From assembly GCA_037190965.1 (NCBI GenBank), contig JBBCKI010000049.1:15908-79907 (forward strand): a stretch of 64,000 nucleotides of DNA. The letters are read 5' to 3'. Made by a program: the position numbers and the translations under genes. Source of the DNA: Chthoniobacteraceae bacterium (GTDB taxonomy: Bacteria > Verrucomicrobiota > Verrucomicrobiia > Chthoniobacterales > Chthoniobacteraceae). Under the pieces are notes generated by a model. That model made no database searches, was not told the origin of the DNA, and saw only the letters and a program-made list of their open reading frames with translations. Positions 10,061 to 20,090 of the stretch are shown one piece after another. The stretch's first letter is position 1. Each line of letters starts with the position of its first letter.

Positions 10061-10335
10061 ATCGGAACTTAGTAGATCACGTCAATATCTCTGCCGGGGG
10101 ATCATTCGCTATCCCCTCATTGACTACGTCAATAGCCCTTCACATGGCAAGCTTTTGAAAAGTTCCACCGTGCGTACGCTCCCGCGACGTGGTCCAATTC
10201 ATTCTCTCACACCAAATAGCGCATCCGATTTACGCGCCACGTCCGCGCTCAGTATTGACAAGATGGCAGATGGGGCAATGCCTGGCGTTAGACGAGTTCT
10301 CCAGTTTTGCGCATGGGGGTCATGACACACCCGCG

Positions 10336-10782
10336 CTACCTCGTCGCCTTCCGAGTCCGAGCCGCCTTCTTTGCGGCAGCTGATCTCTCCGCGTGCGTCC
10401 GTTTACTCGCAGCCACACCCGCTTGCCGGGAAAGCGCCTTTTTTGAAGTCGGCGACTGACTCTCGCGCTTGAGCGCCTTGGTCGTGGCCCGCGAACGTTT
10501 TGCCGAAGGCTTCTTTGCCTCACGCCCCTTTTCGAGATCGCGTTCCGCCTTCCGCCGCGTTGCCTCTGAAGTCTTCCCTTTCTTGGGCGGCGGCAACTCA
10601 ATCCCCGCGCGGCGAGCCTTCGAAAGGCCGATGGCGATGGCCTGCTTGGTCGACCGAACTCCATGTTTGCCTTCGCGCACGTGTTCAATCTCTTCGCGCA
10701 CGAACTCGCCCGCTTGAGTGGAAGGCGCTTTGCCTTCCCGTTTATCTCTCCGGGCACGTTCAATGGTCTTCTTTTCGGGCAT
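10336..10782 (-). CDS. DUF6496-like basic, putative DNA-binding protein
   Basis: MPEKKTIERARRDKREGKAPSTQAGEFVREEIEH..GKHG..S.KQAIAIGLSKARRAG with a Lys/Arg/Ala-rich tail. Confidence 0.8.
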   Translation of the reverse strand: MPEKKTIERARRDKREGKAPSTQAGEFVREEIEHVREGKHGVRSTKQAIAIGLSKARRAGIELPPPKKGKTSEATRRKAERDLEKGREAKKPSAKRSRATTKALKRESQSPTSKKALSRQAGVAASKRTHAERSAAAKKAARTRKATR

Positions 10783-10878
10783 CGTATGGTGGTTTCGAAG
10801 GCCCGAATGCAAGTGGCCTTAAGAAGTTGCCCCTATACCCCGGCGAGGTCATGGCAACATCACCCTGGCAATTTCAAT

Positions 10879-13800
10879 TTAACGTTTACCCTTTGGTCTT
10901 CCAAGAAGCCATGCGGCGGTCGCAGCGGCGAGGACTCCCCCAATCCCCGCCGCCACGATTAAAGCTTTCCTGGTGTCGAAGGAAGGCTCCGGGTAGAGAT
11001 CGAACAGGGCGCCCTCCGGCTCATTGCCCGCCGGGCCATGGCCTCCGGTTTGCAAAGCCAAGTCCAGCAGTTCAGCGAGGTGCAACGCCCTACGGTCCGT
11101 AAGCTGCTCAATCTGTTCGCGGCAGCTAAAGCCGTCAGTAACAATGAAGGTGTCCCGGTTGGCCTCCTGTACTGAGGGAATCAGAACGCGTTCTCCGCAT
11201 TTTACAGAGATGTCATAATGCTCGCGCTCGAATCCGAAGGAGCCAGCCATCCCGCAGCAACCAGATTCGAGTTGGTGGTAATCGATGCCCATTTTCGTCA
11301 GAATCGACTCCTCAGCCGCCATTCCAATCACTGACTTTTGATGGCAGTGGCCATGAAGAATCGCCTTCCGGTAGAACTTAGGAAGCTTCATTTCGGAGGC
11401 ATGCTTGTCGAGGAACTCTCCCAGGGTAAAGACCTGTTTGGAAAGCCGCTGTGCCTGCTCATCTCTTGGGAAAAGCGAAATCAGTTCGTCGCGAAAGACG
11501 GCAACGCAACTCGGTTCCAGCCCAACGATGGGAGTTCCTGCCTCAATTTCTGGAGCGAGGGTGTCCATGATATTACGTAGGAAATGCCGGGCCATCGTAA
11601 GCATCCCAAAATCGTAGAGGGGACGGCCGCAACATAGCTTGGCTTGTGGCACGATGACCTCGAATCCGGTGGACTCCAGAACATTCACGGCCGCTTTTGC
11701 GGTGCGTGGCAGCAGGTAGTTGTTGAAGGTATCGGGCCAGAGAATGACGCGTCGAACCCCGGGTGTGTTGCGGGCAGGGAGATTGCGTCGCGCAAACCAA
11801 TCCTGAAAGCTTTCCGATGCAAATAAGGGAATGCGCCGCGCCTGTGAAATGCCGCCAAGCCACTTGGCCGCCGCTCGAACGCCAGGCGTCTGCGTCGCGA
11901 AGTTTGCCACAGCGGGCATCTTGGAGGCAATCCGCGCCCACCATGGAATAAGGCCCATCGAATAGGCAGCCCGTGGCCGGAGCCGTCCTGCATAGTAGTG
12001 AGACAGGAATTCGGCCTTGTAGGTGGCCATATCAACATTCACCGGGCAATCCGATTTGCATCCTTTGCAGGCAAGGCATAGGTCGAGCGCGTCGTGGACA
12101 GCCTTGTCACGCCATCCGTTTTTGCCAATCACCTGACCTTCCAACATTTCGAGGAGAAGCCGGGCGCGCCCACGGGTGGAGTGCTTCTCCTCGCGGGTGA
12201 CCATGAAACTCGGGCACATCGTCCCGCCCTCGGTACGCCGGCACTTCCCGACGCCAACGCAGCGTTCGAGCGCATAGGAAAAACTCCCCTTGTCATCGGC
12301 AAACGGGAAATGCGTATCCGGTTGGCGGGGGTGGTAGGAGTTTGGCGGATCCGGGCTGAACCGGATATTCTGATCGCGCCGATACGGACGCACGACTTTC
12401 CCCGGATTCATCTTCCATTCAGGATCCCAGATCGTCTTGTACTCTTCGAAGGCATCGACAAGCTGCTCGCCGAACATGATGGAAAGAAGCTCCCCGCGCG
12501 ACTGGCCATCGCCGTGCTCTCCCGAAAGGGAACCGCCATAGCGAACGACCAATTGAGCCGCATCGTATCCGAAGCGCTCGTAGGCCGCGATTCCTTCCCG
12601 GGTTTTAAGGCCAAAATCGATGCGGGTATGAACGACCCCCTGGCCAAAGTGACCATAGAGCGTGCAGTGGTAGTTATACCGCTCCAGGAGACTCCGAAAT
12701 TCGCGCAGGTAGTCGCCCAAATTATCGGTAGGAACGGTGGCATCCTCCCAGCCTTCCCATGTGTCGGCTTCACGCGGGACACGAGCTGAAGCGCCCAGCC
12801 CCGCGTCGCGTATTTCCCAGATGATTTTTTCATGGAGAGGATCGTCGTACAGGCGAGTCGTCGGCGCATTGGACATTCCTTCGACCGCCTTGATCAATTT
12901 GCGCCCTCGTTCATCGGATTCCGCCCGGGTTTCGCCGCCAAACTCCGCGATCAGCCAACCCTTTCCTGGCGGCAGGAGAGCGATCTCCCGGGGATGAATT
13001 CCTTTGATCTTCATTGCATCGATGAGGATGTTATCCATCCCCTCCAAACCCACCGGATAGTGTTCCAGGACCTTCGGCACAAAATCCCCTGCGGAGTAGA
13101 CATCGGGAAATCCAAGGACAACCAGCGAGCGGGCCGGAAAATCATCCATGAGTTGCACCGTCGCTTCCAGAATGGTGACGCAGGTTCCTTCGGTGCCGGA
13201 CAGCGCACGGGCGACATTGAATCCTTTCTCCGGCAAAAGGTCATCGAGGGTGTACCCGGAGACGCGGCGCGGAATTTTTGGATAGCGGGTCCGGATCAGA
13301 TCGCCATAACGATTCCGAAGCGTGTTGAGTTGCGAATAGATTTCCGCACGCCGCCCGCCCGTCGAGATGATGCGGGCAAGTTCCTGTTCCTCGGTGGCTC
13401 CCACGCGCATCCGCAACCCATCGTAAGCAAGAATCTCCAATGCGATGACATTGTCGGAAGTTCGTGCGCCCGGCCCGTAGAACTGCGCCATAACGGAATG
13501 GACGCCTCCGGAGTTGTTGCCGATCATGCCGCCAATGGTGCAATGATCATGAGTTGCCGGGTCGGGCCCAAAAATGAGCCCTTTTGCTTTTGCTGCGCGA
13601 TTGAGATGATCGAGAATCAATCCCGGTTGGACCCTTGCTATCTTTCGGGTGGTGTCGATCTCCACCACCTCATTCATATTTTTGGAAAAATCGAGAATGA
13701 CAGCGGCATTACAACACTGGCCTGCAAGACTGGTGCCAGCACCGCGCCCCGTAATTGGCGCTCCATAGCGCCGGCAAATCGCCACGGTTTCCACCACATC

Positions 13801-14085
13801 GTCGGCATCACGCGGAATCACGACGCCGATGGGCACCTGCCGATAGTTGGAGCTGTCTACCGCATACAGAGCCCTCGAGCCCTCGTCGAAGCGCACCTCT
13901 CCACGGATGCTCCGCCGAAGCTGCCTGAAAATCTCATGCGCGGCAGAGGCAGGGAACGGCGCTTCATGTTTTGGAGGCTTTGGATGGGTACGTTGTTCGA
14001 CGCGGGGAGGTTCTGTCGAGGGGCGAGGAGGCAGAGGGGGCGCTGCAGGATGATCGGCGGTCTTTGGATTAACGTGCTCTTGCAT
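10879..14085 (-). CDS. FAD-binding and (Fe-S)-binding oxidoreductase (YdiJ/GlcD-GlcF fusion type)
   Basis: RGAGTSLAGQ, SGEHGDG, ferredoxin motifs CVGVGKC and CLACKGCKSDCP, two CCG domains. Confidence 0.92.
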   Translation of the reverse strand: MQEHVNPKTADHPAAPPLPPRPSTEPPRVEQRTHPKPPKHEAPFPASAAHEIFRQLRRSIRGEVRFDEGSRALYAVDSSNYRQVPIGVVIPRDADDVVETVAICRRYGAPITGRGAGTSLAGQCCNAAVILDFSKNMNEVVEIDTTRKIARVQPGLILDHLNRAAKAKGLIFGPDPATHDHCTIGGMIGNNSGGVHSVMAQFYGPGARTSDNVIALEILAYDGLRMRVGATEEQELARIISTGGRRAEIYSQLNTLRNRYGDLIRTRYPKIPRRVSGYTLDDLLPEKGFNVARALSGTEGTCVTILEATVQLMDDFPARSLVVLGFPDVYSAGDFVPKVLEHYPVGLEGMDNILIDAMKIKGIHPREIALLPPGKGWLIAEFGGETRAESDERGRKLIKAVEGMSNAPTTRLYDDPLHEKIIWEIRDAGLGASARVPREADTWEGWEDATVPTDNLGDYLREFRSLLERYNYHCTLYGHFGQGVVHTRIDFGLKTREGIAAYERFGYDAAQLVVRYGGSLSGEHGDGQSRGELLSIMFGEQLVDAFEEYKTIWDPEWKMNPGKVVRPYRRDQNIRFSPDPPNSYHPRQPDTHFPFADDKGSFSYALERCVGVGKCRRTEGGTMCPSFMVTREEKHSTRGRARLLLEMLEGQVIGKNGWRDKAVHDALDLCLACKGCKSDCPVNVDMATYKAEFLSHYYAGRLRPRAAYSMGLIPWWARIASKMPAVANFATQTPGVRAAAKWLGGISQARRIPLFASESFQDWFARRNLPARNTPGVRRVILWPDTFNNYLLPRTAKAAVNVLESTGFEVIVPQAKLCCGRPLYDFGMLTMARHFLRNIMDTLAPEIEAGTPIVGLEPSCVAVFRDELISLFPRDEQAQRLSKQVFTLGEFLDKHASEMKLPKFYRKAILHGHCHQKSVIGMAAEESILTKMGIDYHQLESGCCGMAGSFGFEREHYDISVKCGERVLIPSVQEANRDTFIVTDGFSCREQIEQLTDRRALHLAELLDLALQTGGHGPAGNEPEGALFDLYPEPSFDTRKALIVAAGIGGVLAAATAAWLLGRPKGKR

Positions 14086-14152
14086 CTCAGTACGAGTTCG
14101 GAAATCGGATTCATGTTGTCCCCTCCCCCGCCTTACGCTGCTTTATGCTGAT

Positions 14153-15223
14153 TTATGCCACTCGGAACGGCTCCATATCGGTACGTTTCAGGAGAATTCC
14201 GAGTCCGGGACGATTCGCGCTTGGGATAAGAGCGCCCCCTTCAGGTTCGATAAAGCCTTCGAAAAAGAGCCGTTCAATCCGAACATGGTCGTGAAACCAT
14301 TCCAGGTGGCGAAAATTTCCGACGGAAGCGCCAAGGTGCATGTGGATCGTCGGCGCGCAATGAGAGGAGATCGGCACCTGTCTTTCGAGCGCGAGATCTG
14401 CCGCTTTCAGAAAACCGGTAATGCCTTGGCAGCGGGTTGCATCCGCCTGAATGACGTCGACCACAGGAAAGAGTTCCTGGAAGTCACGCAACTCGAAACC
14501 GTACTCTCCAGCGGCGACTTCCATTCGAACCCGATCCCGAACCACCAGGAGCCCGGCGGGATCGTCGTAAGGCACCGGCTCTTCAAACCAGACGACCGCA
14601 GAATCGAAGAAGCTGTGCGCAAGCTCGATTGCAAGTTTCGGGGAGTAGGCCCCGTTGGCATCGACCATCAGGTCGGCTTTCGGTCCAATCGCAGCGCGAG
14701 CTTGCTGAACCCGTAAAGGATCAGTGGAAGGCTCCCTGCCAACTTTCATTTTGACGCTTGGAATGCCCTGTGCAACCCATCCCGCGAGCTGAGCCTCAAG
14801 CTGGGACATCGAATAGGAGGTAAAACCTCCGCTGCCATAAATCGGAACCGCCGTGCGCGAGCGACCGAGCAAATCAGCAAGCGAAAGCCCGAGCTGTTTT
14901 GCCCTTAAATCCCATAGCGCCACATCGACAGCAGAAAGCGCCATCGAGGCAATGCCAGGCCGCCCGATATTACGAAGCGCGACTCGCATCGTGTGAAAAG
15001 CAGCGGGAATATGCGCTTCACCAATGACTACCCTGGCCAATGGATCGCGAATTACATTAACCGCCGCTGGCGAAGCATAGCTATACCCGATACCGATATA
15101 TCTGCCGGCGTGAAGCTCCACGACAACCATCGTCGTACTGCTCCACTCCAGCGTTCCATCGGATTCGGGGAGATCCGTGGGCACGGTGTAGGCGGACACC
15201 TCCAGTTTCTCAATCGGAATCAC
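14153..15223 (-). CDS. Mandelate racemase/muconate lactonizing enzyme family protein
   Basis: SAVDVALWDL, KMK, metal ligands DAN / EEP / GE, SSH. Confidence 0.92.
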   Translation of the reverse strand: MIPIEKLEVSAYTVPTDLPESDGTLEWSSTTMVVVELHAGRYIGIGYSYASPAAVNVIRDPLARVVIGEAHIPAAFHTMRVALRNIGRPGIASMALSAVDVALWDLRAKQLGLSLADLLGRSRTAVPIYGSGGFTSYSMSQLEAQLAGWVAQGIPSVKMKVGREPSTDPLRVQQARAAIGPKADLMVDANGAYSPKLAIELAHSFFDSAVVWFEEPVPYDDPAGLLVVRDRVRMEVAAGEYGFELRDFQELFPVVDVIQADATRCQGITGFLKAADLALERQVPISSHCAPTIHMHLGASVGNFRHLEWFHDHVRIERLFFEGFIEPEGGALIPSANRPGLGILLKRTDMEPFRVA

Positions 15224-15229
15224 GAGCGC

Positions 15230-17020
15230 TCAATGACGGTGCGGGAGGACTCCCTGAAGAGCGTCTCTGAACGCGCCACGAATCATGGACTCACGGCCGG
15301 TATCGCCCTCCACGATTGCCGACATGAAGTTCTTTGCCTGCTTCAGACTGATATGCGGCGGAAGGTTCGGAACTTCCGGATCGCACAAGGCATCGATCAC
15401 CGTGGGCCGGTCCGCGGCGAAGGCGTGATCCCAAGCTTTGCCGATTTTATCGGGCGTATCGACGAAAATTCCGTTGAGTCCAATGAGATCGGCATAGCGG
15501 GCGAACGAGAACTCGGGAACCCGCTGTGAGATGTCAAACTTGGGATCGCCTGTCATCACCCGTTGCTCCCAAGTCACCTGATTGAGATCGCGATTGGCGA
15601 GAACCAGGACGATCAGCCGGGGATCGGTCCATTCCTTCCAATGTTCGGCAACGGTATTTAGCTCGTTAATGCCATTCATTAGCATGGCGCCATCGCCAAC
15701 CAGCGCAACGGCAGGGCGGTCAGGAAAAGCAAACTTCGCCGCGATGGCATATGGAACGCCCGGCCCCATGGTGGCCAGATTGCCCGATAGCGAAGCCATC
15801 ATTCCCCTGCGGATCTTGAGATCGCGGGCAAACCAATTGGCCGAAGAGCCTGAGTCGGCTGAAATGATGACATTATCCGGCAACCGGGGAGAAAGTTCCC
15901 AAAAAAGACGTTGTGGGTTGATCGGGTTGGCGGGAACCATCGCCCGCGCTTCAAGTACCTTCCACCAGTTGCTGACTTGTGCCTCAATCTTCTCGCGCCA
16001 GTGGCGGTCTTCCTTTCGCCTAAGGAATGGGATCAGCGCGCGCAGGGTTTCAGCGGTGTCGCCGACCAGCGGAACCTCCATCGGGTAGCGCATGCTGAGG
16101 TTCTTGGGGTCGATATCGATCTGCACGCCACGCGCGGCGCCTTCCGGCGGAAGAAATTCGGTGTAAGGAAAGGTTGAGCCGATCATCAGGAATGTATCGC
16201 AATGTTGCATCATCTCCCAACTCGGCTCAGTGCCGAGAAGCCCGATGGCTCCCGTGCAATAAGGGAGCGCATCCGGGATAACCGCTTTCCCCAGAAGCGC
16301 CTTCGCAACCCCGGCACCAAGCAGATCCGCTACCGCGATCACCTCGTCCGTCGCTTGAAGCGCGCCCGCCCCCACGAGCATGGCCACTTTCCGGCCGCTA
16401 TTGAGCACCTCTGCTGCGTGCCTCAGGTCTGCTTCCTTCGGGACAATGTGCGGTGCAGAATAACCGATGCCCGAGAGCACCGCGCCGTGAGAACGGGGCG
16501 GATGCGGCACGGCAGCGCATTCCTGCACGTCGTTTGGGATAATCAGCGTGGTCACCGTCCGTTCGGCTACGGCGATTCGCACGGCGCGGTCAACGAGATG
16601 GCGGATCTGCGTGGGAGATGAGGCCATCTGCACATACTCGCGCGACACGTCCTTGAAGAGATTGGGTAGATCGACCTCTTGCTGGTAGTCGCTCCCGAGA
16701 CCACACCGTGTCTGCTGACCCACAATCGCGAGGACTGGCTGATGGTCCATCCGCGCGTCGTAGAGACCATTGAGAAGATGAATCGCCCCCGGCCCGGAGG
16801 TGGCAAGGCAGACGCCGATCTGTCCTGTGAATTTTGCGTGCGCACAGGCCATGAAGGCAGCCATCTCTTCATGCCGCACCTCGATGTACTGGATCCGGTT
16901 TCCTGCTCGGCGAATCGCACCGATGATTCCATTGATCCCGTCGCCAGGAAAACCATAGATGCGGCGGATCCCCCAGTTCAGGAGGCGTTGAATGAGATAA
17001 TCACTTACGTTTCGGCTCAT
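15230..17020 (-). CDS. Thiamine pyrophosphate-requiring enzyme (pyruvate oxidase/PoxB-like)
   Basis: PGDGING, VRHEE, TSGPGAIHLLNGLYDA, TPP motif GDGAMLMNG...N. Confidence 0.92.
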   Translation of the reverse strand: MSRNVSDYLIQRLLNWGIRRIYGFPGDGINGIIGAIRRAGNRIQYIEVRHEEMAAFMACAHAKFTGQIGVCLATSGPGAIHLLNGLYDARMDHQPVLAIVGQQTRCGLGSDYQQEVDLPNLFKDVSREYVQMASSPTQIRHLVDRAVRIAVAERTVTTLIIPNDVQECAAVPHPPRSHGAVLSGIGYSAPHIVPKEADLRHAAEVLNSGRKVAMLVGAGALQATDEVIAVADLLGAGVAKALLGKAVIPDALPYCTGAIGLLGTEPSWEMMQHCDTFLMIGSTFPYTEFLPPEGAARGVQIDIDPKNLSMRYPMEVPLVGDTAETLRALIPFLRRKEDRHWREKIEAQVSNWWKVLEARAMVPANPINPQRLFWELSPRLPDNVIISADSGSSANWFARDLKIRRGMMASLSGNLATMGPGVPYAIAAKFAFPDRPAVALVGDGAMLMNGINELNTVAEHWKEWTDPRLIVLVLANRDLNQVTWEQRVMTGDPKFDISQRVPEFSFARYADLIGLNGIFVDTPDKIGKAWDHAFAADRPTVIDALCDPEVPNLPPHISLKQAKNFMSAIVEGDTGRESMIRGAFRDALQGVLPHRH

Positions 17021-17176
17021 AGGCTCTCAACCCGAATCGGCCTGGCAAGTGGCTATGGTCTGATTGCTGGGCTAGTGAGCAAGACAGCAACCGCGGTACT
17101 GAAGGTTTGAATAGGAGCCAGGGCCAGGCCATCAGAAAATCAAGCGAATTGATCGTTGCAAAACGTTTCCATCTAT

Positions 17177-18055
17177 ATGACGTCCTCAAAAAATCCCCAA
17201 GAACGCCACCCTCAGCCGCCCTATCCTGCGCGGCAGCAGCATCCGCCAGGGTACGAGCACGAGATGGAGCCGAAGGTGGACCACGGAGAAGAGAGTTACA
17301 AAGGTTGCAACCGCCTGAAGGGACGGCGAGCGCTCATCACGGGCGCGGATAGCGGCATCGGTCGTGCGGTTGCAATTGCCTTTGCTCGTGAGGGTGCCGA
17401 CGTGGCGATTTCCTACCTCTCCGAGGAGGGAGATGCCAGAGAAACGGAAAGGCTGGTCAAAGAGGCGGGGAGAAAGGCCGTTCTTCTTCCGGGAGACATC
17501 GGTTCAAAGGAGGTTTGTCGCCAGGTGGCCGACGAGGCCTATTCCCACCTGGGCGGGATCGACATTCTCGTCAATAATGCCGCCCTTCAGCGGACCTACG
17601 AATCGCTCGAGGCGATCCCTGATGACGAATTTGAGGCGACCTTCCGGGTCAATGTATTCGCGATGTTCTGGCTTTCCAAAGCCATCCTCCCAAGGATGTC
17701 CGAAGGTGCCTCAATCATTAATACGGCCTCCATCCAATCCTTCGATCCCACTGCCCAGCTCATTGCGTACGCCGCAACAAAGGCAGCCATCGCCAGTTTT
17801 ACACGTTCGCTCGCCAATCTCGCTATCGAAGATGGAGTTCGGGTCAATGCTGTGGCCCCCGGGCCGGTCTGGACTCCGCTGATCCCATCAACAATGCCAA
17901 AAGAGAAAGTGAAGCAGTTCGGAAAACATACCGCCTTCAGAAGAGCGGCCCAACCTGCCGAAATGGCGCCCATTTACGTTTTCCTCGCAAGCGATGAGGC
18001 GAGCTACGTGACGGGTGAAATCTATGGCGCCACGGGCGGCCAAACGCCACTCTGA
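17177..18055 (+). CDS. SDR family oxidoreductase (YghA/general stress protein 39-like)
   Basis: DHGEESYKG..RL.G, TGADSGIG, NNA, YAATK, PGPVWTPL. Confidence 0.92.
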   Translation: MTSSKNPQERHPQPPYPARQQHPPGYEHEMEPKVDHGEESYKGCNRLKGRRALITGADSGIGRAVAIAFAREGADVAISYLSEEGDARETERLVKEAGRKAVLLPGDIGSKEVCRQVADEAYSHLGGIDILVNNAALQRTYESLEAIPDDEFEATFRVNVFAMFWLSKAILPRMSEGASIINTASIQSFDPTAQLIAYAATKAAIASFTRSLANLAIEDGVRVNAVAPGPVWTPLIPSTMPKEKVKQFGKHTAFRRAAQPAEMAPIYVFLASDEASYVTGEIYGATGGQTPL

Positions 18056-18065
18056 CAGGCGAACG

Positions 18066-18614
18066 CTATTTCAATCTTTCCACATTCGAGATACCCTCCC
18101 TCACTCTCTCTATGGCGCGCTGAGGGCCAAAACGCCCCAATGGGAAGAACTGCTTCCCCATCACCTGGTTATAGGAGATAAAAAAGTGTTCAATTTCCGA
18201 CAATAATTCTTCGGAAAGCGAGTGAAGCGACTGAATATTCCGATGGCGTCGCGATTCAACAGCCACACCGATCAACCTGTCATTACGCACTACTTTACCG
18301 TCGACCTCCTTCTGCTCCGCGTCGATGACTCCCAGTAACCGGGCTTTCACCAGGCAGCCTACAAAAGTCGGCGCATCAATCAAGATCAGTAGATCCACAG
18401 GATCTCCATCTCCCCCTAAGGTCCCTGGAACGAAGCCGAATTCGAACGGAAACGTCACTCCGATCGGCATCGGCTTGTCGAGTTCAAATAAACCGTTCTC
18501 GAGATTGAACGCGAACTTGTTGCGGCTGCCCTGCGGTGTCTCTACGATTGCGTTTACATCACCTTCTCTGTTCGAAAAGGGAGAGATCTTCCAAAAGACT
18601 GAGTTGGCATCCAT
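18066..18614 (-). CDS. ppa: Family I inorganic diphosphatase (divergent subfamily)
   Basis: VETP.GSRNK, FGFVPGTL..DGDPVD, IEHFF.SY. Confidence 0.8.
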   Translation of the reverse strand: MDANSVFWKISPFSNREGDVNAIVETPQGSRNKFAFNLENGLFELDKPMPIGVTFPFEFGFVPGTLGGDGDPVDLLILIDAPTFVGCLVKARLLGVIDAEQKEVDGKVVRNDRLIGVAVESRRHRNIQSLHSLSEELLSEIEHFFISYNQVMGKQFFPLGRFGPQRAIERVREGISNVERLK

Positions 18615-19041
18615 CCCTCGTATAATCGAAAACCATACGATCTTGACGGGTGTGAAAGAGAAAGCCTTCAGATCGAATCGTGATCAGTTTGATAAAGCAT
18701 CTCTCAAAATGGTTCTTAAGACCATGGCCGCGACGTGCCCGCTTTCCGTTCTGGATCCCGACATTCCAAGTGTTACGGATAGAAAAACGCAAAGCGTGAT
18801 ACTCTGCGACAGGCCGAGCGTATCGTCGCCCCTTTCAGAATCCAGGCCGCTCGCCCCATATCGGAAGCCGTGCATCAGCTGGCTCTACCTCATCAAACAA
18901 AAGGCCCGAACTTCGTTAGCTACAGAGATACCGATTCCTAATTTCCAAAAATTTGGAACATACTCCGAGAGGGCCATCAGGGATACACCGTCTTGAGGCT
19001 TATTCCAAACGCGCTATTTTTAATTAGCAAAAGGGGGATAT

Positions 19042-19722
19042 ATGCCAGGACAAACACAAACATTTCAAGAGGGCTTCCACGATCCGGAGAGAACGAAGAA
19101 AACGCTTCAAACGGCAATGGGAGGCTTTGGGCTGGAAGCTCTGGGCGGAGTCGGTGCGGTGGTACTGGGAATCCTTGGCCTGGCCGGAATACTTCCACAT
19201 CACCTCGCAGCGATCGCGGTCATCGTCCTGGGAGCTGCCACCTTGAGCGAGGGAGGTGCGATCGCGGCGAAGTATTCAGAGATGCTAAGAGACATCGGGG
19301 GCGGAACCGTTAATGCGGTCGAACTAGGCAGCGGCGTCACAACGGAGTTTATTGGGGGAGTCGGAGCGATTGTGCTCGGAATCCTCGCCCTGCTGGGAAT
19401 GGCCCCAACAACCCTGGTTGCAGTCGCAATTATTGCGCTGGGCGCGACATTGCTCCTTAGCAGCGGAGAAACCAGCCGTTTGGCGGCACTCGGATGGGAG
19501 CGTGGCGCTCCAACGGCCCGTGCCATGCACCTTGCCACCTCAAGCGCTTCCGGTGGACAAGTATTGCTAGGACTGGCGGCGATTATCCTTGGAATCCTGT
19601 CACTAGTCATGGGTGGACCGCATGAACTGCTGTTGGCTCTCATCGGAATTATCTGCATCGGCGCAGCCCTACTCTTCAGTGGAACCGCGATAGCAGGAAG
19701 GCTGATGTCTCAACTTAGGTAA
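19042..19722 (+). CDS. Gly/Ala-rich multi-pass membrane protein with three internal repeats
   Basis: About 6 TM helices; repeats EALGGVGAVVLGILGL / EFIGGVGAIVLGILAL / QVLLGLAAIILGILSL; GGGGGA RBS before the ATG. Confidence 0.8.
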   Translation: MPGQTQTFQEGFHDPERTKKTLQTAMGGFGLEALGGVGAVVLGILGLAGILPHHLAAIAVIVLGAATLSEGGAIAAKYSEMLRDIGGGTVNAVELGSGVTTEFIGGVGAIVLGILALLGMAPTTLVAVAIIALGATLLLSSGETSRLAALGWERGAPTARAMHLATSSASGGQVLLGLAAIILGILSLVMGGPHELLLALIGIICIGAALLFSGTAIAGRLMSQLR

Positions 19723-20090
19723 ATAATTACAAACGATTCAGAAGGAAGGACACGACAGCAGCATATAACAATCCCAAGTGATAGCCAGTTAGATAAAACC
19801 TCCGACCTGGCCAACCTTCGTGGTAGGCCAGGTTCTCCAATTTTAATTGGGAAGACCTCTACCGGCATCGACCAGAGGCAATTTTTCACCAGCAACAATC
19901 AACGGCAGGAGTTAACCGTCAATAGGATCCCGCCAGTTGAGCCTGGGCGGGCAAAATGACAGGTCATCGGTTGGAGTATTTGCGTTCAAGGAACCAGGGA
20001 GCCAAGAGGAGGCCGCCGTCGGATGCCTGCGACTCTAAAATCCCGAAGAAAAATTTGATCGGCTCTCAGAAAGGTTCACGCCAACAAAGG

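Noticed and set aside
12832..14151. 439-aa plus-strand ORF, and similar long antisense ORFs (e.g. 25474-26376, 40144-41016, 49705-50790)
   Set aside because: They lie fully opposite well-supported genes and are typical shadow ORFs of high-GC coding DNA.
18620..19040. Possible pseudogene or transposase remnant in the ppa/membrane-protein intergenic region
   Set aside because: Translations inspected by eye showed no recognisable motif; left unannotated.
19806..19833. Hairpin ACCTGGCC...GGCCAGGT downstream of the 19042 gene as a terminator
   Set aside because: No adjacent U-tract and about 80 nt from the stop codon; insufficient support.
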